From: Azolla caroliniana
Lineage: Eukaryota; Plantae; Polypodiophyta
Length of the DNA stretch: 64,000 nt
Assembly: GCA_043228905.1 (NCBI GenBank)
Contig: JBHGNT010000002.1
Coordinates: 21,700,001 to 21,764,000, forward strand
Direction: 5' to 3'
Made by a program: the position numbers and the translations under genes. Below are positions 47,700 to 58,845 of the stretch, piece by piece (the stretch's first letter is position 1; every line of letters starts with the position of its first letter). The notes beneath the pieces are model-generated. The model was given only the letters and a program-made list of their open reading frames with translations. It ran no database searches and was not told the DNA's origin.

Positions 47700-50239
47700 G
47701 CACTGTATAGGAGTTACACCAATAACTCTACAATACACATTGAGTTTGCCCTAGGTCATATTTATACTAATATGACTTTCGGGCTATTTACAAATATAGC
47801 CCCAATGGGCTCTCTGGAACATATTTACATATATGTCCCTTCATCCGGTGAGAGGTTCTCACCGGGTCTTCCTTGCCAGGTACTCGTCATCCAGTTCTCA
47901 CCGGGTCTTCCTTGCCGGGTACTTGTCATCCGGTTCTCACTGGGTCTGCATCATCCGGTTCTGGGTACTCCACATCCGGTTCTCACCGGGTCTTCCGATG
48001 CCAGGCCTTCGTATCCCATCTGGAGGGACTGAGATGGCAACAACAACTCGATGAATTGACATTACAAGTACAACACGAGGAGTTGACATTACTAGTGCAA
48101 TAATTGGAAGCATCTATCGTGTTCTTACAACAACAAGGAACGAGTACTCAAGATCCTTAAAGAACTCAAGATTAGTATTCTCATGAAGTTTGATGGAACG
48201 TGGTCACAATTTAGAGGGTTCCTCAACTAGGTACGTTTGGTAATTCAAATGCATATTTCTCGATATCCAACAAATTCATCATGAGTGGGGCTAGTAGGCA
48301 CATTACTTAGCGGTACAATGTTACCCTGGTTTGCCCCTTTGTTGGAAAAATGCTCTCCTTTGTTACATAATTTTGAGGAGTTCATTTAAGGTTCTTTGAG
48401 CCTACATAGAGGAAATTTTGGCAAATACATTCATTCAACACTCGAAATCTCCAGCTGGTGCACCCATTGTTTTTGTAAAAGAAAGAAAATGGATCACTTC
48501 GTCTAGTTGTGGATTACCAGGGTTTGAATAAAGTTATTATTAGGAATAGGTATGCAATTCCCTTTATCTCTAGTCTTTTAGAACAGATTAATAGCGAAAA
48601 TATTTTACAAAGATTGATTTACGAGGCGCATATAACCTTACATATAGATTCGATCAGGAGACGAGTGGAAGAACATTGGTTGATACAGATATCACTTAAT
48701 ACGAGTCGATCATGTTGTATGTACAACTAGCCAACTCAAATAAGAATGTGGTTCTCTTAATTTCTCGGGACAAAGGGCACGTACAATTAGCCAACGACCA
48801 ACCCTTTAGTTACGACCATATATTGCAATTGGACTATGAAGACCATGACTCCCAAAACCTAATTCTCCTAGTCGATTGCTTGAAGGGAGTTCAGAAGATG
48901 TATTTGTCTAAAGACTTTTTACTGAAAGACTCATGCGGTCCAAAATCTTTTAGATTAGCAATTGAGCAGTCCAATAATTTGATCACAACACTTCAGCCAT
49001 ACATACAGGGCCACATGACATTAAAAGAGTGATCACCCTCCCCAACTAAGGTGGCACCAAAAAAATATAGTATACACTCAAGGCCAGCAAGAAAGAAAAT
49101 GACCAAACTGTTTGAGTCAGAGTTCTCAAGTTCAATAGACGATGAAGAGACTAGAACAACATTAGGGGCAGAGTTGTCATCTGGTGTGCTTTCTTGTTAC
49201 CAAAATAAAATTAGAAGAGAGATCAATCCGAAAAAGCTTGTGTGGAAAGGATAGTTCTTCAACCTCCCATCACCACATACATCGCCTACCTGTCGATGAG
49301 AAGACTGGATGTTGACCACTTGAGATCAAAGAGCCTCACAAACTACACGTCTAGAACCTCAAAAAGAAAATGAAGATTAACCCCCATGCTATAATAGTGT
49401 CGTTCATCGTAATGGTTGATCCTGAAGAGTGTTTGTGTTTACAAGATTTTGACTTGAGAAAACATGATCAATACAACTACTTTGTCATTGGGGGATCACA
49501 CTCAACAGAAACAAGAAAGCAATTGGTAAGTATGCAGAATGTAAAATTTATATGGGGCTAACAACCGAAGAGGCAAAGTTGTTAGCATGGGACCATAACA
49601 ACAACGACAACTACCGCCAAAAAATGACATCAATAAAACACATTTGATTTTTTCACCGTGAATACTTAGATGTCAAGCAAAGATCTGGACCAAAGTTGTT
49701 TCCAGAACTTCGACGTCAATGTCTTCATGAAGTTGGGATTGTAGTGGACGATACGGTAAAGTTTGATGGTATTCGTAAGTATGAGTCGTGGTTCTAGCTT
49801 GTCTTTAGAGATGGGATTGTCTGGGATTTACAAGACTAGATCTTTACAGTGTGGGAAAACAAGGAGGTGAAGGGTCAACAAAAAAAAGTAAAGTTGACCC
49901 GTAGCTCGAGTTGCAGTCAACTGTTGCGAAGAAGATTGATCTGACAATTGAGGAGGCACTGGATGATGTCAAGCTAACACAATGGAGAGCTATGCAAGGT
50001 ATAAAAGAAGAGCAACTACTTGTGTCTGTCTTGTCTAGAGTCATGGCAAAAGAGCTGAGCTTAGAAGAAATGTTCGTTGAGTTCAACAAGTAAGCCCAAT
50101 ATTTCTATATTGAATAAATGGTTTCCTTTGTTGGATTCATAAGTCCTAATATTTGTTTTTTGCTTTTCTAGTCACAAGGTTTATGTGAAAATTCAAGACT
50201 TGGTGATGATGAAGCAACTTGGTTGCTTAACCTAGGAAC

Positions 50240-53200
50240 TGTCAGGAATAGTACTAAAACAGAGAGAGAATTAGTACTAAAGAAGGGAAGTACTATTAGT
50301 ACTAAGAGGACAGGACTGCGTAAGACTCCCGAGAAAGAGAAAAGCGAAGAGGAGAGAGAGAGAGATGATGATAACAGATGATATATTATAGGAAGAGTAA
50401 GTACAAGATGGCTATGAGGCTTAAGATTGGCGTTGAACCAATTTGGTTCAACATAATGTCTAGTGCCTTCTTTTATAGTGTTCTCAGGAGTAATCTTGAA
50501 GCTTCTAGAATGTTCCAGAGAAATCTAGAATATACATTAATTTCCTATAATAAAACTTAAATGAAAATAATATCTTATGTATTACAATAGATGGTATAAT
50601 GGTCAAGAGCTCGACCCAGATAACATAAGTTCATGGGTTCAAGTCTTGCCATATCATGACACTATCTCTCCCTTAAGATGACGAGTGGGACGAGTTGGGC
50701 TGATTGCGGACCGAGTTTGTCCGGATACTTTTGGTGGAGCTCAGCAAGAAAATCCTGAGCATTGGCGACATGCTCGACGGGTTCCCAAGTACGTTCGCTC
50801 GGACTATAGCCGAGCCAATCGACCAAATAATAAAGTTTGTTGCGAACAAGTTTGGAATCGAGGACGGCAACAACTTCATACTCCGGACCGGCTTCCAACT
50901 CAAGTGGGGGCTGCGGTGGTGTAACACGATCGGGAATAGTGTTTACTTTATAAGATTCAAGAAGAGAGCTATGGAAAACCGGATGTATTTGAAGATGCGG
51001 GGGGAGATCAAGGCGGAATGTGACATCATTAACCTTACTAGTAATATGGAAAGGACCGAGTCGTCGATAATCCAACTTGTCGCACGGTCGAGTAGTCTTG
51101 ATGTGACGATATAAGAGCCATACTCGATCTCCGATGGCAAAAGAGGAGGGAAGCCGATGACGATCCGCATAAGTCTTCTGTGTGTGTTGAGCATGACGAA
51201 GATGAGTAGAGAGATCCATCTGGATCTTGCGTAGCCTCTCCAAATGATCCTCGGCACGAGGATTGGTAGGTAGCTTCGGGGTGTCGATCACCGACTAATG
51301 AGGATGAGAACCGGTATAAGCGTAAAATGGGGAGACCCGAGTCGAGGAGTGAACAACATTATTATATGCAAACTCCGCAAAGTGGAGAATCTCGGCCCAA
51401 TCGTCCTATTGATAACTCAAAAAACACCGGAGATATTGTTCCAGCGTTTGGTTGGTTCGTTCCGCGTACCCATCGGTCTGGGGATGGTAGCTGGAGGAGA
51501 GGTTGCAAGAGACCTTGAGCATCTTGAAGAGATGCTGCCAAAATTTGGAGACAAATTGAGGTCCTCGGTCACTGATGATACTGTCTGGGAGGCCATGATG
51601 CTGAAATACCTCACGCATGACAAGGGCGGCGGTTTCCTCACTAGTGATGGCCTTAGTACACGGCACAAAATGTGCCATCTTAGTATATCAATCGACAATG
51701 GTTAAGATAGCATCGAACCCCTTCAAGACTGGCAAATCTGTGATAAAATCAAGACAAATAGACTGCCACGGCTTACTTGGAATCGGTAAGGGTTCTAACA
51801 AGCCATATGGATGGTGTTGGGGCATCTTTGCTCGGCAACAAGCATCACAAGTCCGAATGTAATCTTCGACAAAACATTGCATATGGGGCCACCAAAAAGA
51901 TCGTTGAACGAGATCCAACGTCTTAGTACTACCGAAATGTCCCACCGTATGGGTGTCGTGACAATTTTGGACGATTTGAAAGCGACAGGAGCAATCGGGG
52001 ACATATACAAGCTTTTTAAAGAATAACAAACCATCATGATATTTGAATTGTCGGTAGTCCATACCTAGTTGTTGAGATTGGGAACAGGATGCCCGAGAGG
52101 TATCAATGTGCGCCAGAATGTCTTGGGCAAAACTATCTGTCTTCAAGTTCGCACGTATGGCATCGGTAATCCGGGAATCCATTGGGATGTGAAAAATCCG
52201 CGTTGTGTGGAATCGTGTTGGTCCCAAGATTACTTGCTTTTGATTATCAAACGCTGGATCACCAGGACGAGGTGCAAGATATGAACGCCATGATAGCACA
52301 TCTGCTTTTCCTTGCTGCTTCCCCGATTGATATGTGATTTTGAAGTTGAAACACGTGAGGAATTGAGCCCACTGAGCTTGCCGTCGATTTAGCACCCGAG
52401 CATTCTGGAAATAAGCAAGATTTGTGTGATCATTAAAGACGATGACCTGATGTGGAGAGCCCTCTAAGAAATGCCGCCATTGCACAAAGGAATCCACGAT
52501 GGCTAATAACTCCTTGTCATGTATTTCGTAGTTGATTTCCGCAGCATCGAATTTGCACGAATGAAAAGCCACAGGATGTAACTCTTCTTTATCTCCTTGT
52601 TGAGAAAGGATGCTACCGAGGGCGAAATCCGATGCGTCGGCCTCCATGATGAATGGTTTGTTTGTATCCACATGAGCTAGAATAGGAGCTGATGTAAAGG
52701 CTTTCTTAAGATGCCGAAAAGCCATGTCCGCTTCATTGGACCAAAGAAATGCTTGTTCCTTCTTCGTAAGTTGTGTGAGAGGTAAAACAATCTTTGATTA
52801 ATCTTGTATAAACTTGCGGTAAAAGTTAGCAAAACCTAGAAAACATTGTACATCTCATACCGACCATGGAATTTGCCACTCTAGCACAGTTTGGACTTTA
52901 GCTGGATCCATGGAGATGCCCTTTGAGGAGATGACGTAGCCTAGAAATTCCACTTGCTTGCAGTCGAAGCTACATTTTTCTAGCTTGGCATAAAGACCAT
53001 TCTCGCGGAGTCGTTTTAGTACTAATAGTACATGAGAATCGTGCTCTTCCTGGGTCTTCGAATAAATCAATAGATCATCCAAATAGATTATCAAACAGAT
53101 ATCCAAGAGGTCTCTGAATATATCATTTGCCATGTGTTGGAAGACTGCGGGTGCATTGGTTAGACCGAACGACATAACAGTAAATTCGAAATGCCCATAC

Positions 53201-55573
53201 CGCATGTGAAAGGTGGTCTTCCATTCATCTCCCGGTTGGATCCACACAAGGTTATACGCTCCTCGTAGATCGATTTTTGTAAAAAACTTGGCACCATTAA
53301 CTCGCTTTAAAAGACTTGCTATAAGAGGAAGTGCATACCTATTCCGGATGGTGACTTTATTCAAGCCGTGGTAATCAACGACGAGACGAAGTGAGCCATC
53401 TTTCTTCTTGACAAAGAAGATGGGTGCACCGGCCGAAGAATTCGAATGACGAATAAACCCTCTTGCCAAGTTCTCCTCTATTTAGGCTTGAAGGACTTCT
53501 AACTCAATGGGTGACAAATTGTAAATTGGTCCCCATGGTGGCTCTGCTCTTGGTTGTAAATCGATGGGACAATCATAGGGACGATGATGAGGAAGAGTAC
53601 CGTCATTTACCTTGTCAAATACATCGGCATAAGGATGATATTTCGCCAGAAGTTGCACTAAGGATTCCTCCTTAATAGTGCTGGAAGGATGTATTGATAT
53701 TGCAAATAGGAACATTGCCTCCTTGTGTCCTTCTTCACGTAATTGACGTAGTGAAATGGTCGAAACTCAATGAGTAGATTCTTGGGGTTGTCGATGTCGG
53801 ACTTCTCTTGTTCTCCAATCTATGTCTGGATTATGTAATTCAAACCAAGGTAATCCCAGGACAATGGGATGCTCTGGACTACTAATTCTATTAAATGATA
53901 CTACACACACAAAACTACCTAGGACAACTTGAATGGGTTCTAACTCTTCTACAATATTCCCGGAAGCAATGGGACGACCATCAATGACTACTACAGATGT
54001 GGGGCAAGGAAGTTTTCTTAAGGATATTTGAGAAGCTTGGGCAAAATTTTGATCCATGAAACATGAATTAGCTCCGGAATCTAGAAGTGTTAGAACGTGT
54101 ACTGGGAGGAGTAGTTTTAGTACTAACCATGACTTGGGCTAGGAACACATTGCTAACTTGCTTGGAGGGAATGGAACCACTAATGGGTTTGTACAGATCT
54201 AGGGTTGTCCAACCAAACGGCTCGTATTTTGGCTGGACTCAATCCCTTAACTCGTCATCTAATTGACTAAGGATTTCAAATTTGTTTGAGATACTTGGGC
54301 TATTAGTACTATTAATACTATCAGACACTCTATTAGTACTATTAATACTACTAGACACTCCTAAGGGAAGAATTGACTCGGGTTTAGTACAGGCTACGAT
54401 TTGATGTACTTGTCTTCTTGGCCTATGCGGACAATTGATTGTGATATGCCCTGGTCCACCGCAATAAAGACATAATCGATTTGCACGTCGTCGTTGCTTT
54501 TCTTCTTCCGATAACGGGCCACGTCAGTGCATGGTGTCGATCTCTATGAGTGTCGGAGTATTTGCTTGAGGTATGTCTCTTGCAAACGGTTTAGCCGTGA
54601 CTGAGGCGTAAGTGGGCTCCGGCCTACAGCGTGGTATTTGTAATTGACATTCCGAACACCCTTCAAAAAGGCAGTTGTCGCATCGGACCGCTCGATTGAT
54701 TGCCTCTGTTAGAGACTTTGGTTCTTCGGGGAAGGTTAGAGATAGATCTTTGACATCGTTTCACAAGCTGTAGCGAAACTGCTCCATTAGTGCCTGATCA
54801 TCCCAGGGGATATCTGAAGCGAGTAGACGGAAATCCGCCGCGTAGGCAGAGGCTAGACGATTGCCTTGACACAATCGTCGGATTTTGTTGATCGACGTCC
54901 GGATGTTGTCTATATCTCCAAAGCAAGCTTTAAAATCACTAATAAAGTCTTCAAAGTTATTAAGTAAGAGCGATTGTTTTTCTAGAAGCGGAGCAAACCA
55001 TGCCAAGGCTAAGCTGCTAAGCAACATGCCTATTAGGCCGACTCGGGATGCATCAGTGTGGTATCAAGACGGATGCATTTGAATGACTAAGCGTACCTGA
55101 TTGAGGAATCCCCTAAATTGCGATCGCATTCCATCAAATTTCACAGGAAGTCCAATCTTGGGCTCTTTATGAAATCCTTGGGGACTTTATCCTTATTATT
55201 GCAATGCTGCTTCGAGTTGTTGCACACGTAACGCTAACTCCCCATGTTGTTGCTGTGTTTGTTGTTTTTCTAGAGCGATTTGTTGAAGATCCCCTAACAA
55301 CCGTTGGTTTTCTTGTTCCAAGGCAACAAAATTTTCTTTTAGACACTGTAGCTCGGAGAAAATGGATTGGTATTCTTGGGCACTAACAGAAGCCATTGTA
55401 TAGAAAAAGGATAAGAGGATGAGGGAAACCAAAAGAAAGACTAGAGAGGAGAAAATTGGTTCAAACTATCAGGAATAGTACTAAAACAGAGAGAGAATTA
55501 GTACTAAAGAAGGGAAATACTATTAGTACTAAGAGGATGGGATTGCATAAGACTCCCGAGAGAGAGAAAAGAG

Positions 55574-55604
<31 letters not shown>

Positions 55605-55900
55605 TGATGATAACAAATGATATATTATAGGAAGAGTAAGTACAAGATGGCTACGAGGCTTAAGACTGGCGTTGAACCAATTTGGTTCAACATAATGCCT
55701 AGTGCCTTCTTTTATAGTGTTCTCAGGAGTAATCCTGAAGCTTCTAGAATGTTCCAGAGAAATCTGGAATATAAATTAATTTCCTATAATAAAACTTAAA
55801 TGAAAATAATATCTTACGCATTACAATAGATGGTATAATGGTCAAGAGCTCGACCCATATAACATAAGGTCATGGGTTTGAGTCTTGCCATATCATGACA
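50240..55900 (-). mobile_element. Chromovirus (Tcn1-like Ty3/gypsy), full length, decayed
   Basis: LTRs 50240-50661 and 55467-55900; TSD GGAAC at 50235-50239 and 55901-55905; PPT 50662-50674; non-tRNA PBS at 55453-55464. Confidence 0.97.
50662..55396 (-). pseudogene. Chromovirus gag-pol (gag, PR, RT, RH, INT, chromodomain)
   Basis: LDSGA, IYLDD, EADASD, ISDRGPQF and chromodomain EYEVVAVLDSKLVRNKLYYLVDWLGYSPSERTWEP; multiple stops. Confidence 0.95.
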
Positions 55901-58397
55901 GGAACAAGTGACTGAAGAGTATGCGATTACGTCTTCATAGAATGCATTATTGGAATATTTTATTGCTTTTAAGGATTGGGTGCGTATTACATATTTGAAT
56001 TTTGTGTTTCTAGTTTATTACATATTTGAATTATAAGTATGAATTACTCCTTTTGTTTTTTCACATAGAAACCATGTCGTAGTAAGAAGCTTGGAGAAGT
56101 CAAAGACATACATGATTTTCCAACCTCCTTTCTTGCACACCTGGAAAGAGCACGAAAAGAAAAGGATCGACGCTCAATGAAGGCATTCGATGTGAAGGAT
56201 GACGGTACTTTTAAGAAGTTCAGCCACAAAAAGGATATCACCCAAGAACTATATTATAATGTCTACTACGATGATGTGGCAGATATGATCGAGAAGTTGC
56301 CAAAGAAAGAGTACACATTACTCATTGTAGATATTCCATATGGTTTCCGTATGGGTGGATCTTCATACGATGATGAATCATTTAGGTTCAAACAATTGGA
56401 AAAAATGGTGAAGGATTTTGCGTAGTTGACTACAACGAGCTTGTAGAGAATAGTGTTTTTTCATAGTATGGACCAAGGATATTATGTGGCTCAAGCATTG
56501 CGATCTCGTTGTCATTGTGTAGAGAACCTTGCTTGGTAAGGTTTATACAACGACTAATTCAAATTTGGTTGCATTTCAATTCTTGTCTCTTTATGTAACT
56601 AATACTTAAGTCTATGACTTTTGGTTTCATTTTGGTCATTTACACGATTAAAAACAACGTTATAAAGGATCGACCTTTCGGTTTGTCAATGCTATTGAAT
56701 ACATAATTGTTGGTTATTACGATGAAATAAAGAAGCAACGAATTAAGGAGCATTCAAATGAAGTTGGAGGTTCAAATCTGCTAGTGTACCCAGCAATTAC
56801 GCGTAAATTGAGACATGTCAAGACAATTGAATGTGGACTAGTCAATCCTTACCAAAAGCCTCAACGTCTCATGATGCGCCTTATCGAAATGTCCTTAACG
56901 AAGGAGATTGGGTTTTGGATTTGTTTTTTGGCACAGGTATGTTTTTAGACTTTGCTCTAAAAAACTATAAACTTAATGGTTGTCTAATTGAAGCTATGAT
57001 CTTTTTACTATGGTAATAGGTACGATATTTGCATGCACGTTAAAACTGTTTTGAAATATAATTGCATTGAAGAAGGATGAGGAGCAAGTACGTTTCATTA
57101 ACATGCGGATTCAAGCCTTATGGGAGTGCCCATATCAAGACAGGGAGGTCGCTGCAAAGCATATCGCGGATATGGAGCGATTTCAAGTTGCCTCTCATGA
57201 GCCTATTCCTCCCTTGGTTGGTGAACCTAGGGAACTTATAGAACTGGATGATGAGCTTTAGAGGACCCCATGGTAGCTAGCCTATTTGGAGTGGATGTCG
57301 ATGCACAAAATTTTGATGACAGTTCTCAAAAGGAAGACAAAGTGAATGATGAAGAAAATCTTATAGCCATGTAATGACTTGTAATTTATATGATAATTTT
57401 GTTTTTTTATCAAAAACATTGTAATTAAAGTTTTGTTCTCTGCAAAGTAAGTTTGATTCCATTCATTGTCTAAGCAATTGGATTATTGCAAGGTTGTAAT
57501 AAATTATTCGTGCGCGAACTTGTTACTAATACCAAACGTATTATCTTTTAGAAAAGGGGGCACATTACGTTGGGATGTTAATAAGTGGACAATGTAATTT
57601 AAGTTTCATGTTCTTACATATTTACCATTTTAATTGAATGTTCAAGTGATCTAGTTATTAAGTTTCTTTCTTTTCTTTGGAGCTCACACAAGTTTATGAA
57701 TATTCAATATAAACAATTGTTTGAACTGAATATTAAGCTTTCTGTTGTATATAATTAATGTTTACATTCAAGAGACACCTTACATTTCGAATGTTATATT
57801 ATGTTTTAACCTTGACTGTTTTCACTTGTTGCTAACACTTGTTCCTTTTTGGATATAACATTACTTTTGGGATGTTACATTTAAGGTTTTCATTTAAGCT
57901 TTATTGTTTGAATGATTTTAATTACGAAACTGTCATGACTGTCCAAGAGTGTCATGGTATTTTAGATGAAATTTTTGTCTTTATCATCCATAAACTTGAT
58001 ATGCATTGAATTTTCACTAGCTTTAGTTATTATATCCTTCAAGATTTACTAAGGATTAGACTTTGTAAAACATAAATCACAAACTATAGATGTCACTTCC
58101 ACTTCTATAACCTACACGTCGTCACGATGGTTAAACATGGAGATCCAATGCTTGAGATCACCCTAAAATTTCGAAAAACTTTCTAAATTTAGTATTAGAG
58201 GTTTGAAACTATATCCATACGTCAAGTGAGACAACCATTTACATATTCTAGAATTTAATTACATTTCGTCTTAGAGATAATCAACTTTAGAAATAAGCAA
58301 AAACATCAAATGTTTCGATTATTGTAATTGTTAAATTTTAATAATTTATCGAGTTCTATATGGGTTGAAGAACATGTGATACTAGTGTATCAAGTTT

Positions 58398-58845
58398 CTA
58401 TACATTGCCTAAAATTGCACATTTATGAAAGGAATCTAATAATGGAATGTGCGATCCTTCCACTTCTGTACGCAATTGTGTTTTTTCTACTACCATCAAA
58501 TAACCAAAAACCGTTGAGTTTTTGTTTTCTCTAGTTGTGTTGTCAAGTTGCACATATAGAATAGGTGGGAGTATACCTAGCCAAGATTGGAACACTCTTT
58601 GCATGACTGTGATTGTAAGATTAGGGTCATTGTGAATATTGGGATAGGTTAAATATACATATGCTTTATTTCCTGGGAGTACAACAAACAAACAACCAAC
58701 TAAATGTATGTGCACAAGGCATTCATCTCCAATATCCTTCGGCATCCTTTGAAAGTGTGGCAAACAGGTCTTCTTTTGATCCATTCCATCAATAATTATA
58801 CACATATACTTTTCTAGCAATTGAAGAGCTTTTTGACGGTGACGT
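58398..58845 (-). pseudogene. Sola-like / DUF7869-type DDD transposase fragment, cut by gypsy B
   Basis: CIIIDGMDQKKTCLP...LYVQLDNTTRENKN motifs (family assignment from memory). More degenerate sequence probably extends toward 58000. Confidence 0.7.

Larger units (their letters stand above)
40551..48032 (-). mobile_element. Ty1/copia element B (same family as A), decayed, with hAT insertion
   Basis: LTRs 40551-41282 and 47365 to about 48032 (outer end deleted); PBS 47350-47361; PPT 41285-41298; gag-pol 41293-47333 with stops and frameshifts. Confidence 0.95.
40068..48670 (+). mobile_element. Old, deleted chromovirus copy, host of copia B
   Basis: LTR 40068-40383; gag LEQENQRLLSDVQQI continues after 48032; RT relic VDYQGLNKVIIRNRY at 48500-48660. 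Confidence 0.8.
48730..57374 (+). pseudogene. Spliced ParB/Srx-like plus beta-class N4C/N6A DNA methyltransferase gene, degenerate, interrupted by the LTR element at 50240-55900
   Basis: YFVIGGSH..CKIYMGLTTEEAKLLAWDHN; LLIVDIPYG; NPYQKP..EGDWVLDLFFGT|GT..IIALKKDEEQ. Introns 50090-50171, 55980-56068 and 56937-57019 preserve frame. 5' boundary uncertain. Confidence 0.8.

Noticed and set aside
48670-48730. Possible left terminus (TIR/TSD) of the methyltransferase-bearing element
   Set aside because: No inverted repeat or TSD was recognisable. The junction with the chromovirus RT relic looks like a deletion, and the other end lies beyond the nested elements.
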